A DNA stretch of 50,712 nucleotides from an uncultured Gammaproteobacteria bacterium (GCA_964462325.1 CAYWYQ010000004.1:1-50712), one strand, 5' to 3'; shown: positions 10,742-20,649, counted from the stretch's first letter. Translations and numbers: made by a program. Notes: a model not told the origin generated them from the sequence alone.

Positions 10742-12562
10742 ATGTTATACTGCATATATGTGAGGTTGAAACCATGGATATTTTTTGCGTACCTTGTGCT
10801 GCTCATTATTATGGCATTTTCTTTTGGCGCCTTACTTCGTTCTGCGGACTCATTAGAAACACTTGCAAGTATTGGGCAACGTTTTGATTATACGGTTTAC
10901 CCGACCTATTCTCATGGGCCGTATCCACAATCCTTTTTTGATAAAGCATATAATGAAGCAGGAGAGCAAGATGCAACAAATGCAAAAACAGGTATTGTAG
11001 CGCATCACCTTGTTGTCCCTGAATATATAGCCGAGGTCATGGGCTTGATGAGTGATACGAAGGCAAAAACGGTAGTATTAATAGGTCCAAATCACTTTCG
11101 TCAAGGAATTTCAAGGGCACAAACGACGATTGGAACATGGACGACACCTTATGGTGATATACAAACGGAGGGGAGTGAAATACAGGAGTTAACAGATCGA
11201 CTCACATTTCTTTCAGAAGAACCAGTTTCATTTGAAGTCGAACATTCAATCGCTGCACTCACGCCATTTGTTAAACGATCCTATCCGAATGCTCGATTAG
11301 TACCAATAATCGTTGATGAAAGCATGAGCGAAGAAGAGTCGATTGAGCTCGCGAATGCAATACAGGATATATTTGGAGATGCGGTCGTATTCGGTAGTAT
11401 TGACATGTCTCATAATTTACCTCAAAACGTTCAGGAATTTCACGATGAAATCACTTCTCGTTCCATCGCAAAAGGTTCATTAGATTTTGATTTGGAAATC
11501 GATTCGAATGCAACAATGCGGACATTGTTTGCGTTAAATGAACTGCGAGGTACACAAAAATGGAATGAAATTTATCATGGCAGTTCAATTGGTTTGGGGT
11601 ATGCGAATACTTGGCGAGACAATGTAAGTTACTTTATGGGGAATTTTACGGAAGGTGACCCCGTTCAGGATGATTTTATATCCCTACATATCGTAGGGGA
11701 TATTATGCTTGATCGAGGGGTACGTAAGCAGATTTTGGAACATGGCATAGAGTATCCATGGGCGGAGATGACGCGTTTTCTTGCAGGGACACATCTTACG
11801 GTTGGGAATTTAGAGGGTACTGTAAATGAACAGCAAAGTACCTATACCTATAATCCACCATTTAGATTTGTCTTCGATCCTACCTACGTGGAAGAAATGG
11901 CAAAACATATCGATGTTGTAAGTTTGGCAAATAATCACTCGGCAGATGTCGGGGCGAGCGCTGGCCAGGAAGAGACTCGAAAATGGTTAGACGATATCGG
12001 CATACCATATTTTGGTGCATGGGAAACGCCAGATCCGGTTTATGAAACAATGATAGAAGGGGAGCAAATAGCAATAATTGGCTATCACCAGTTCAGGCCA
12101 AATATAGAGAGAATGAAAGAAGTGATACAAGAACAAAGCGAGGCGGGGAAATTTGTCATGGTACTGCCGCATTGGGGGAATGAATATATCCATGCTCCTC
12201 AATACAATCAACAGATTCTTGCGCAAGAAATGCTTGATGCGGGCGCCGACATCATTCTAGGAGGGCATCCACATGTTGTGCAGGGTATTGAAGAGGTGGA
12301 TGAAAGACTCGTGCTCTATTCGCTGGGTAATTTCATCTTCGATCAACAGATTCCGGAAACATGGCCGGCGGTAACAGTAGGAATGATCATAGATACAGAA
12401 GGGATTGAGTTACATTTACTACCTGTAAATACGCGCTATAGCCAACCGGTGCCGCTAAGTGGTGAGGAAGCGGATCAAGTCTTGGAACGGATTGCGGATA
12501 GTTCAGACGAACACCTAAAAGAACAAATATTAAATGGAATAATACACGTTACATATGATTGA
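10742..12562 (+). CDS. Membrane-anchored MEMO1 (AmmeMemoRadiSam protein B)-like / CapA metallophosphoesterase fusion (start may be GTG 10760)
   Basis: MEMO motifs IVAHH, GPNH, EHS and SIDMSH; CapA motifs GDIM, GNLE, SLANNH, PHWGNE, GGHPHV and YSLGNF. Confidence 0.85.
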   Translation: MLYCIYVRLKPWIFFAYLVLLIIMAFSFGALLRSADSLETLASIGQRFDYTVYPTYSHGPYPQSFFDKAYNEAGEQDATNAKTGIVAHHLVVPEYIAEVMGLMSDTKAKTVVLIGPNHFRQGISRAQTTIGTWTTPYGDIQTEGSEIQELTDRLTFLSEEPVSFEVEHSIAALTPFVKRSYPNARLVPIIVDESMSEEESIELANAIQDIFGDAVVFGSIDMSHNLPQNVQEFHDEITSRSIAKGSLDFDLEIDSNATMRTLFALNELRGTQKWNEIYHGSSIGLGYANTWRDNVSYFMGNFTEGDPVQDDFISLHIVGDIMLDRGVRKQILEHGIEYPWAEMTRFLAGTHLTVGNLEGTVNEQQSTYTYNPPFRFVFDPTYVEEMAKHIDVVSLANNHSADVGASAGQEETRKWLDDIGIPYFGAWETPDPVYETMIEGEQIAIIGYHQFRPNIERMKEVIQEQSEAGKFVMVLPHWGNEYIHAPQYNQQILAQEMLDAGADIILGGHPHVVQGIEEVDERLVLYSLGNFIFDQQIPETWPAVTVGMIIDTEGIELHLLPVNTRYSQPVPLSGEEADQVLERIADSSDEHLKEQILNGIIHVTYD

Positions 12563-14315
12563 TAAAAATAGTGTCGTGCAAGCATCGCGGAATGATAAAA
12601 TCGTTATTTTCATAATCTCCATAAGTATCCTGCTTGTCGTGGGAGCATTTATTGCGGGACTATTGCTAGATACATCTGAAAATGGTGTAAATGTGGATAC
12701 AGATGCAACCGAGGAAACACTTTCTGAAGAAGTAACAGCTGATGAAGAGGGTGAGGAGCCGGCAGAAAATATTGTTAATGTGGAATACGGAATAAAGGAA
12801 TTAACTATTAACTGGTATGCGGCAGAAGACCGAATCCATGTACCTCCGCATGCTGGATTATTGCAATTGTATACATCGCAAATTGATGCGAATACAGCTG
12901 AAATTACGGCAATAGAGCTTGGGTCTATTTCCGGTGGAAAATATGACGGCGGAACGTTGCAATTAAATACCATGCATACAGGAGGAGTTGGTAGCTGGAA
13001 TGTGCGCGAATATTCAGTTCATTACGATGAAAAAGAAGTGATTTTGGATAAATATGGGACCGTCATCGGAAGCTTCAAAGGTTATGCCGTGCATGATTCT
13101 TCTATGGATATTTTGGTACATAAACTTGGCACAAATGCTGGTGCGGAATTAACATTTGATGTAGGTGCATTCATTCCTGAGTTTGATTATGAAATGAATA
13201 TAGCTTCAAACAACGGAGTTGATCTTGCATTTAGAGGAATAGGTAGTGTATCTACCGACGCAGCTGGCGATGCTGGAAATGTAGTTTTTGCTGGAGGGCA
13301 TACGTATATTATGGCAGAAAATGGTCAATATTTTTACCGTATTCGTGAAGATGACATGATGGTGACCTACTCTCTTGATATTCCATTTTTAGAGAATGAC
13401 GGGGAAGCATTGCATACTCCGGCATTCTACTGGATAGATTCAGGAGAATCGGTATGGAATGCGAAACAGTACAGTTCTGCCCGTCCTACGGGGTGCGGAT
13501 ATGAGGGCCAAATAAGTGTAATTGATATAGATACAGTTGGTCCGCTTGCTATTGCAGGGGAGGTGAGAGGAGAGGGTGTTATTTATGTGCCTACCGGATA
13601 TGATACTGAATATGCGCGGGAATTTGAAGAAGCATATACCTATGCATTTAAGAATGGAGCATCTTGGGATTCAATTCAACGTCCAGTCTTCTTTTATGAA
13701 GATGAATTTGGTCGATGGTTAGAATTTATTTCTGCAGACTTTATCTCGGCGGGAGAATGTGGGAAGCCAGTGATTTACCTCTATCCAGAGGAAGAGGTTG
13801 ATTTGCTTGTAGAGGTGGATCCAAAAGGAGGATTTACAAAAGTCATTCCTGATTATAATGACGGATGGCGTGTAACAGCGACTCCGAATAGTGTTATTAC
13901 CAATCATGATGATGGACTTGAATATCCATATCTTTTCTGGGAAGGACGAGGTGATGTATATGAAGAACCAGATCGGTATTGGGTTGTGGAACAGGTGGAT
14001 GTGAAGAAATTCCTCACGAAGACATTGTTAAGAGTGGGGTTGAATCGAGTAGAAATATATGACTTTATGGAGTTCTGGTACCCACGCATGCAAGATGCCC
14101 CATATTACAAAATTGGATTCCACGGAACGAGGGTAATGGATCTATTGGCACCTCTCAATATTTCCGGAGAGGACACACCGGACAGTATTTTACGGATTTT
14201 GATGGATTATACGGAGTTGGAAGAACCAATTGAGGGGAATCCTCCACGATATATTCCAAGATTTGTTCGGGATGGGTTCACAGTCATAGAATGGGGAGGC
14301 GTTCTTAGGGATTAA
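12555..14315 (+). CDS. Membrane-anchored acidic protein with a C-terminal KPVIYLYP...YLFWEG...EWGG domain
   Basis: N-terminal TM helix; conserved-looking C-terminal motifs. Confidence 0.8.
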   Translation: MIDKNSVVQASRNDKIVIFIISISILLVVGAFIAGLLLDTSENGVNVDTDATEETLSEEVTADEEGEEPAENIVNVEYGIKELTINWYAAEDRIHVPPHAGLLQLYTSQIDANTAEITAIELGSISGGKYDGGTLQLNTMHTGGVGSWNVREYSVHYDEKEVILDKYGTVIGSFKGYAVHDSSMDILVHKLGTNAGAELTFDVGAFIPEFDYEMNIASNNGVDLAFRGIGSVSTDAAGDAGNVVFAGGHTYIMAENGQYFYRIREDDMMVTYSLDIPFLENDGEALHTPAFYWIDSGESVWNAKQYSSARPTGCGYEGQISVIDIDTVGPLAIAGEVRGEGVIYVPTGYDTEYAREFEEAYTYAFKNGASWDSIQRPVFFYEDEFGRWLEFISADFISAGECGKPVIYLYPEEEVDLLVEVDPKGGFTKVIPDYNDGWRVTATPNSVITNHDDGLEYPYLFWEGRGDVYEEPDRYWVVEQVDVKKFLTKTLLRVGLNRVEIYDFMEFWYPRMQDAPYYKIGFHGTRVMDLLAPLNISGEDTPDSILRILMDYTELEEPIEGNPPRYIPRFVRDGFTVIEWGGVLRD

Positions 14316-14363
14316 TCCGCTTGTCTATTGGCGCTCTTTAGGATCAAGATTTCGAGCCTGTCT

Positions 14364-14383
14364 CCTGCCTGTCGGCAGGTAGG
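14364..14383. repeat. CCTGCCTGCCGGCAGGCAGG-type palindrome (variant)
   Basis: cctgcctgtcggcaggtagg; perfect copy at 32321-32340. Confidence 0.7.
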
Positions 14384-14450
14384 AGCCGGAATCTCTTGAG
14401 TTAGCAGGTTGGCATTTTGCTCATTAGCTCTTAGCGCACTCTGTCATTCC

Positions 14451-14517
14451 CGAGGTTCAACCTCGAGGTTCAACCTCGGATGTGGATAAGTGGATCGGAC
14501 CTTGAGGTCGGATCTCG
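14451..14517 (+). repeat. Palindrome-DnaA-box module, copy 1
   Basis: 2x GAGGTTCAACCTC, TGTGGATAA (14481-14489), gt, GGATCGGACCT, tg, AGGTCGGATCT. Confidence 0.85.
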
Positions 14518-14562
14518 GAAACCCACACGAATACTGACCATAAAAAAACTGACCATTTTTGG

Positions 14563-15111
14563 TCAGTTTTGTCGTTTGTGCCATGCTTCTTTCGTAAGAA
14601 GCCAGACTTCTTCTTCCGTATGATTTGGATCATGGAAAGATCTACTAGGTTCAATGCGTAGCAACTTTGCCCCATGCTTTTCTTTCACGCGATGCGATCC
14701 AATATTGCCGCGCGCATTCATGAAGATGAGTTCGCTGAATCCGGCGACATCGAAAGCGAAGTCATTGACCGCTGCTGTTGCCTCGGTCATGAATCCCTGA
14801 CCCCAGTACGTAGTACCGAGCCAAAACCCGCGATTGCCGCTTGTGCTTGATCGCGTCAATTCCACGCAGCCTATCATGGTGTTTGGACTGTGCTTTTCAT
14901 TGATCGTCCACATCCATCGTGTCTTTCCAAGTTCTGGAAAAACGATGTCGTCAAGGTAGCGTTGTGCACCATCTTCGGGGTATGGCCATGGGCATGTCTT
15001 GGTCATATTCCGTATAATCTCCCAGCTGGAGAATAAATGCTGATACCTTTCGATATCTGCACGGGTGATGCAACGGAGCACGAGCCTCTCTGTCTCTAGT
15101 TTTGGAACCAT
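14563..15111 (-). CDS. RimJ/RimL-family GNAT N-acetyltransferase
   Basis: LETERLVLR, GFWL...WGQGFMTEA, N..S.RV.EK.G; strong SD AAGGAGG. Confidence 0.9.
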   Translation of the reverse strand: MVPKLETERLVLRCITRADIERYQHLFSSWEIIRNMTKTCPWPYPEDGAQRYLDDIVFPELGKTRWMWTINEKHSPNTMIGCVELTRSSTSGNRGFWLGTTYWGQGFMTEATAAVNDFAFDVAGFSELIFMNARGNIGSHRVKEKHGAKLLRIEPSRSFHDPNHTEEEVWLLTKEAWHKRQN

Positions 15112-15213
15112 TATTCCTCCTTACTATGTCACTATCAGGAAAAGAGATGTCTGTCAATGGATAGATAGGAAGAAAAAAGAGAGCAATCACTCTCTTTTAC
15201 GGGGCAAAGTAAT

Positions 15214-15516
15214 CTAATGATGCATGCGTACTTCATGCTTATGAATTTCATCTTTCATCATGATATGCATATCACTTTTCAAGCTCCATAGCTTTCGGTC
15301 AAGATAGTCCTTGGTGACCATCTGAGACTCAAGGGAATCGACTCTCGAGTCAAGGGAATCGACTCTCGAGTCAAGGGAATCGACTTTCGATTCGAGGGAA
15401 TCGACTTTCGATTCGAGGGAACCGACTTTCGATTCAAGAGAATTAAAGCGCTGGTCCATAGAGTTTGAAAATACTTGAATTGCATTGAGTATTTCATTCT
15501 TACTTATATCATTCAT
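15214..15516 (-). CDS. Small coiled-coil protein with heptad repeats
   Basis: (SLESKVD)n followed by MVTKDYLDRKL. Confidence 0.75.
   Translation of the reverse strand: MNDISKNEILNAIQVFSNSMDQRFNSLESKVGSLESKVDSLESKVDSLDSRVDSLDSRVDSLESQMVTKDYLDRKLWSLKSDMHIMMKDEIHKHEVRMHH
15326..15442. repeat. In-frame 21-bp tandem repeat, about 5.5 copies
   Basis: gagtcaagggaatcgactctc and variants. Confidence 0.9.
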
Positions 15517-15576
15517 AAAATAGAGGGGGAGTATAAACGGGAAGATACTTTTATAATATCAAAATTACGAGAAATA

Positions 15577-15601
15577 TAAAATCGAGCTTTTGCTCGATTT
15601 T
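15577..15601. terminator. Intrinsic terminator of rpmA
   Basis: aaaatcgagc tttt gctcgatttt hairpin at the rpmA stop. Confidence 0.6.
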
Positions 15602-15878
15602 ACTTTGTATCAACTCGGACGAATGTCTTCATTTTAAGTGCTCCGTGGAAATTTGGAACCTTTTTCTTGAAGTACTTTACCGTTCCTTCTACTTTTGCAA
15701 ATAATGTGTCGTCTGAACCTCGACCAACATTTGCTCCAGGACGGTATTTTGTTCCTCGTTGTCTTGCGATGATCATGCCAGCCTTTACGACTTCACCATC
15801 AGTCTTTTTTAGGCCAAGTCGCTTTGATGCGGAATCTCGACCGTTGGAGGTGCTACCCTGTGCTTTTTTATGAGCCAT
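15600..15878 (-). CDS. rpmA: 50S ribosomal protein L27
   Basis: [31 protein letters not shown]. Confidence 0.97.
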   Translation of the reverse strand: MAHKKAQGSTSNGRDSASKRLGLKKTDGEVVKAGMIIARQRGTKYRPGANVGRGSDDTLFAKVEGTVKYFKKKVPNFHGALKMKTFVRVDTK

Positions 15879-15887
15879 ATCTCTACT

Positions 15888-16004
15888 CACGTATCTTTTT
15901 CTCCATCTACTGTGTCGATCATTTCCGCCCTCCTCAACGTACCTTTTAGTACGCCTCGTCGTTGCTCAATGACTCTCCTTGTATCTGAAGAAAAATCTTA
16001 CGTG
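15888..16004 (+). repeat. GTAC-hairpin foldback element
   Basis: cacgtatctttttctcca...CGTACcttttaGTACGcctcg...ccttgtatctgaagaaaaatcttacgtg. Confidence 0.8.
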
Positions 16005-16026
16005 CGTTATGTGATGTTTGCTGGTT

Positions 16027-16128
16027 AAATTTGTGAACTATCGTCATAAAACGACACTTTTTACTCTCCGTACTTATCCAGTACGCATCGTTTTGGCGTT
16101 TGTTTTTCAACAATATTTCATCAAATTT
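16027..16128 (+). repeat. GTAC-hairpin foldback element
   Basis: aaatttgtgaa...CGTACttatccaGTACGcatcg...ttcatcaaattt. Confidence 0.65.
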
Positions 16129-16251
16129 TCCTCAACTCACCTTGCTTTTTTGTTGATGTGATCGCATCTTCCTTAGGAATGACCGAAATCTTCAACAAGC
16201 ATTATTTATTATCAATACCGTCCAATAGGATTATTCCTAGACGCTGGCGAT

Positions 16252-16280
16252 ACTCTACTAAAAACAGAGAAATTTGTCAA
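16252..16280 (-). promoter_or_regulatory. Putative sigma70 promoter of rpmA
   Basis: TTGACA-N17-TAGAGT on the minus strand. Confidence 0.5.
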
Positions 16281-16328
16281 TATGAATACATATAGAAAAA
16301 TGTTTATAAAATGGTATTATGTCTGCGT

Positions 16329-16556
16329 ATGAATGACCGTATTGAAGAATTGCTTGTACTCATAAGGCCGCGACTCGCGATGCATGGCGGAAATGTACGT
16401 TTTGTTGATTTTGATGAAGAATCTGGTTTGGTACGTGTGAAGCTTGAAGGGGCCTGTAGCGGCTGCCCACTTTCAGAGTTAACATTGAAGGCAGGTATTG
16501 AAGCATTATTGATGTCAGAATTGGAAGAGGTAAATGAAGTGATAGCAATTGATTAA
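16329..16556 (+). CDS. NifU C-terminal/Nfu-type Fe-S carrier
   Basis: IRPRL.MHGG.V and L.GACSGCP.S..TLK.GIE motifs. Confidence 0.92.
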   Translation: MNDRIEELLVLIRPRLAMHGGNVRFVDFDEESGLVRVKLEGACSGCPLSELTLKAGIEALLMSELEEVNEVIAID

Positions 16557-16950
16557 CATGGATATTTTTAAGCAGATGAATCAATGGTCTAAACTTGGGC
16601 CAGAAAAAAATATTGGGAGGATCTCTTTGATCACATCTCTTTTATTATTAGGGGTATCTATCCTCATGATTTGGTGGTTTTTATTTCCGGAGATTCTCGA
16701 TCAAAATGTCGTTCCACTGCATTATAATATTTATTCAGGTGTTGATTATGTTGGAGTTTGGTGGAAAATATTTACCATTCCAGCATTTTTATTGGCTGCT
16801 ATTATTGTAAACGGCATCCTCGCAAAGATTTCAGTAAAAAAAGATCCTATTCTTCCGGTGCTATTTCATATTGTTTCAATGCTTATAGCGTTCTTTTTAT
16901 TCATTGCCAATATCTTTGTCGTTCTTTTAAATATTTCATACTATGGTTGA
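16549..16950 (+). CDS. Three-TM membrane protein (DUF1648-like)
   Basis: VPLHYN...GVD motif; directly upstream of mraY. Confidence 0.7.
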   Translation: MINMDIFKQMNQWSKLGPEKNIGRISLITSLLLLGVSILMIWWFLFPEILDQNVVPLHYNIYSGVDYVGVWWKIFTIPAFLLAAIIVNGILAKISVKKDPILPVLFHIVSMLIAFFLFIANIFVVLLNISYYG

Positions 16951-17998
16951 TACATTTGTCATTGCCAAAATACTCGCATTAACCACCATTGCTTTTGTTT
17001 TGACGCTTGTCTGGACTCCTGCTTGGACAAGGTTTCTGTATAAGTACAGAATGGGAAAGTCACTTCGTAGTGCAAAACAAGCACCGATTTTCACCAAGAT
17101 GCACAAAAAAAAGAAAGGCACTCCTACAATGGGAGGTGTGCTCATTTGGGGAACGGTGCTCTTTATGGCGGCTTTTTTTCTGATAGCGGCACATGTTGCC
17201 CCTGATTCTTTTCTTGGAAAATTACAATTTTTAACGAGGGGACAGACATTATTGCCGCTTGCTTCCCTCGTTGCGGCTGGCATTGTCGGTCTATTAGATG
17301 ATTTTTTCAATGTTCGTGGAATCGGAAAAAATGGAGGTGGTGTTGAAATTCAGCATCGTTTATTTCTCTACACCGTTATTGCTGCTATTGGTGCATGGTG
17401 GTTTTACGATAAATTAGATTGGGATTTACTCCATATCCCGTTCTTAGGAGATTTTAATATTGGTGTTTGGTATATCCCATTATTCTTAGCGGTAATTGTT
17501 GGAACATCATTTTCTGTGAACCAAACAGATGGTTTAGATGGGCTTGCAGGAGGAACACTTATTTCTGCTTACTCTGCATATGCAGTCATTGCTTTACTGC
17601 AAGGCAGGTTTGAATTGGCAGCATTTTGCGGTGTTGTTTCAGGAGCATTACTCGCTTTTCTCTGGTTTAACATTTACCCAGCGCGATTCTTTATGGGGGA
17701 TACGGGTGCGATGTCCTTAGGGGTTACATTAGGAATTGTTGCCATGCTTACAAATACAGCATTTGTACTTCCAGTAATTGGTATTATATTTGTTATTGAG
17801 GCAATTACTACAATTATGCAGCTTGGGTCGAAAAAGATTCGGAAGAAAAAAATATTCCGCGTTGCTCCCATTCATCATCATTTTGAAGCACTTGGATGGC
17901 CAGAACCCAAAGTTGTGATGCGTTTCTGGGTTGTTTCTTGGATTGCAGCGGCGGTCGGTATTATTATTGTGATTCTCGATACATCGTATTTCTCTTGA
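16943..17998 (+). CDS. mraY: Phospho-N-acetylmuramoyl-pentapeptide transferase
   Basis: KKGTPTMGG, DD, NQTDGLDGL, FMGDTG, APIHHHFE. Confidence 0.97.
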   Translation: MVDTFVIAKILALTTIAFVLTLVWTPAWTRFLYKYRMGKSLRSAKQAPIFTKMHKKKKGTPTMGGVLIWGTVLFMAAFFLIAAHVAPDSFLGKLQFLTRGQTLLPLASLVAAGIVGLLDDFFNVRGIGKNGGGVEIQHRLFLYTVIAAIGAWWFYDKLDWDLLHIPFLGDFNIGVWYIPLFLAVIVGTSFSVNQTDGLDGLAGGTLISAYSAYAVIALLQGRFELAAFCGVVSGALLAFLWFNIYPARFFMGDTGAMSLGVTLGIVAMLTNTAFVLPVIGIIFVIEAITTIMQLGSKKIRKKKIFRVAPIHHHFEALGWPEPKVVMRFWVVSWIAAAVGIIIVILDTSYFS

Positions 17999-17999
17999 T

Positions 18000-19097
18000 A
18001 TGCAAGGAGTTTTGCGCAAGCCTGATCTCGTTTTCGCATTACTATTCGTATGTCTTCTTGTTTTTGGTATTGTCATGCTTCTTTCAGCATCTGGTCCTGT
18101 CGGGTTCGAAAAATTTGGAGATAGTTTTTACTTTTTTAAACATCAATTATTTCAGGGAGTCATTCCTGGTTTGCTTGCATTTGGTGCGGGATACCTTATT
18201 CCGTATAAGGTTTGGAAACGCTATGCATTTCCAATGCTGCTTTTATCAATTCTATTACTTGTTTTGGTGTATATACCTGGCATTGGAACAGATTTTGGAA
18301 CATTCGCAAAAAGTTGGGTGCAATTTGGTCCATTATCATTTCAACCTTCCGAACTTGTGAAGCTGACTTTTCTCTTTTATCTTGCTGCTTGGATGGAAAA
18401 ACAAGGGCAAGGTATACGTTCTTTTCAGGAGGGGTTATTACCATTTTTGATCATTTTAGGAGTAATTGGCGGTCTCATCTTTTTTCAGCCAGATCTTGGA
18501 ACCTTATCGATTATCATCGCCATGTCTATTGTCATCTATTTTATCGCAGGTGGATCCATTGTTCATTTATTGGGAATGAGTACGGCGGGACTTCTTGTTT
18601 TTGGGCTTGCCGTAAGGTTGTCTCCGTACCGGGCAGCTAGGTTGATGACATTTTTACATCCAGAGCTTGATCCGCAAGGAATCGGTTATCAAATCAATCA
18701 GGCCTTGCTTGCAGTAGGATCAGGTGGAATTTTTGGGAGGGGATATGGACATTCCTTGCAGAAATTTCAATATTTGCCCGAGGTGATTGGCGATTCTATA
18801 TTCGCCGTTGTTGCGGAGGAATTAGGGTTTATTTTAACAACAGGATTTATTGTGCTCTTTTTATTATTTATTTCTCGTGGTTTAAATATTGCACATTCTG
18901 CTCAAGATGCATTTGGAAAATATGTCGTAACGGGCGTGATGACTTGGTTCTGTATTCAGGCATTTGTCAATATTGGTGCTATGCTGGGATTGTTGCCTTT
19001 GACCGGAGTTCCTTTGCCATTTTTAAGCTATGGAGGAACATCTCTCATCGTTTCGATGGCAGCAGTAGGGGTTGTCCTTAATATTTCACGTAGATAG
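18000..19097 (+). CDS. ftsW: SEDS peptidoglycan polymerase FtsW
   Basis: FQPSELVK, QPDLGT, GYQ..Q, AEELG, PFLSYGG; lies between mraY and murG. Confidence 0.93.
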   Translation: MQGVLRKPDLVFALLFVCLLVFGIVMLLSASGPVGFEKFGDSFYFFKHQLFQGVIPGLLAFGAGYLIPYKVWKRYAFPMLLLSILLLVLVYIPGIGTDFGTFAKSWVQFGPLSFQPSELVKLTFLFYLAAWMEKQGQGIRSFQEGLLPFLIILGVIGGLIFFQPDLGTLSIIIAMSIVIYFIAGGSIVHLLGMSTAGLLVFGLAVRLSPYRAARLMTFLHPELDPQGIGYQINQALLAVGSGGIFGRGYGHSLQKFQYLPEVIGDSIFAVVAEELGFILTTGFIVLFLLFISRGLNIAHSAQDAFGKYVVTGVMTWFCIQAFVNIGAMLGLLPLTGVPLPFLSYGGTSLIVSMAAVGVVLNISRR

Positions 19098-19101
19098 TAT
19101 T

Positions 19102-20181
19102 ATGCGAAAATCATCAAAAACTCATGTACTGATGACAGGAGGGGGGACACTTGGTCCGGTAACTCCCTTGCTTGGGATTGTAGAATCTTGGCGCTACATT
19201 GAGCCGACGGTCGACATTTCATGGATCGGTACTATTTCTGGACCTGAAGAAGAATTAGTGAAGGAATACGGGATACCATTTCATACATTATTTGCGCCAA
19301 AACTATCTCGAAGCAATAAATTGAGTTGGATTTTTGTCCTGCCAGCATTGTTTGTAAGCTGCGTACTTGCTTGGCAATTACTGAAAAGAATAAAACCATC
19401 CATTATTTTTAGTGCTGGAGGGTACGTGAGTGTTCCTATTGCATGGATGGCAAAATTGCAGGGAATTCCCGTCTGGATTCATCAGCTGGATTATCAACCG
19501 GGGATTGCCAATAAAGCTATGGCGCCAATCGCAATGAGAATTAGTGCAACATTTGAAAAAGCAATTGAAGATTTTGGGGCAAAAAAGACCATTGTTGTTG
19601 GCGGAGTGATGCGGTTTACGAATGACATTGAACCAACGAATGAGATGAAAAGGAAATTCAACCTTGATTCTTCGAAACCAACAGTTCTGATTACTGGCGG
19701 TGGAACCGGGGCATTGCAAATTAATGAAGCCATGCAAATCATTGGAAAAGAATTGTCGAAAAAAGCAAATATCATTCATCTAACAGGGAAAGGGAAGATG
19801 TTGCCTGGCCTTGAAGAAGTTGCTCCTAATTATTATGCAATTGAGATGCTCACAGAAGATATGTATGAGGCATATGCGGTTGCAGATTTAGTTGTAGCGC
19901 GTGGGGGGCTGGGAACAATGATGGAATTAGTTCGTTTCAAAAAACCGAGTATCATTATTCCTATTTCTCATTCACATCAAGAGTTAAATGCAGCTGTTCT
20001 GGCCGAGGCAAGGGCAGCGGTCGTGCTATGGGCGATGAATCCACAAATGCTCAAGCAAACAATAGAAAAGTTATTGAAAAGTACAGATGAAAGGGATAGA
20101 TTGTCGAAAAATATAAGTGAAGTCATGAGAGTGGATGGTGCGGATGTCATTGTTCAGAAAGTACAAAAACTTATTGTGTAA
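19102..20181 (+). CDS. murG: Lipid I N-acetylglucosaminyltransferase
   Basis: TGGGTLG, GGYVSVP, GGGTGA, ARGG, HQELNA. Confidence 0.93.
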   Translation: MRKSSKTHVLMTGGGTLGPVTPLLGIVESWRYIEPTVDISWIGTISGPEEELVKEYGIPFHTLFAPKLSRSNKLSWIFVLPALFVSCVLAWQLLKRIKPSIIFSAGGYVSVPIAWMAKLQGIPVWIHQLDYQPGIANKAMAPIAMRISATFEKAIEDFGAKKTIVVGGVMRFTNDIEPTNEMKRKFNLDSSKPTVLITGGGTGALQINEAMQIIGKELSKKANIIHLTGKGKMLPGLEEVAPNYYAIEMLTEDMYEAYAVADLVVARGGLGTMMELVRFKKPSIIIPISHSHQELNAAVLAEARAAVVLWAMNPQMLKQTIEKLLKSTDERDRLSKNISEVMRVDGADVIVQKVQKLIV

Positions 20182-20182
20182 C

Positions 20183-20209
20183 AAAAAAGAAGCCTTAGGG
20201 CTTCTTTTT
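20183..20209. terminator. Bidirectional intrinsic terminator
   Basis: aaaaaagaagcc tta gggcttcttttt between convergent genes. Confidence 0.75.
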
Positions 20210-20215
20210 AATCAC

Positions 20216-20503
20216 TTACATCATTGGAGCTTCCTCAGCACTTTCTTCCGTAGGTGCTTCTTCTGCTGGAGCATCCTCCATAGGTGCCTCTTCTGCAGGA
20301 GTTTCCTCTGCTGGCGCGTCTTCCATAGGTACTTCCTCTTCTGACATGTCTTCCTCTACAGCAGGAGTTTCTGCCTCATCTGCAGACTCCTCTACTACGG
20401 GGGCATCTGTTGCTGCCTCTTCTGCTGGCATTGAATTATGGCTGGTCATGTGCATTTCCATTTGGTCATCAGCTACTTCGGTATTACATGTTGTACAAAT
20501 CAT
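20216..20503 (-). CDS. Small acidic protein with an N-terminal C2H2-like motif and E/A/P repeats
   Basis: C-x2-C-x11-H-x3-H followed by (EEAP[AMT])-like repeats. Confidence 0.7.
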   Translation of the reverse strand: MICTTCNTEVADDQMEMHMTSHNSMPAEEAATDAPVVEESADEAETPAVEEDMSEEEVPMEDAPAEETPAEEAPMEDAPAEEAPTEESAEEAPMM

Positions 20504-20649
20504 ACTTATAGTTTAATAATTACTTATAAACAGATTAGCAGAAAAAAGAGGTATGTTCAAAAGGTATTGTGGAGGGGAGGCGCTTGATTTTTTTGCGGGT
20601 CTATGGTATAAATGCGACACAAAATTCAGCACCGTGTACTTTACTTGTA

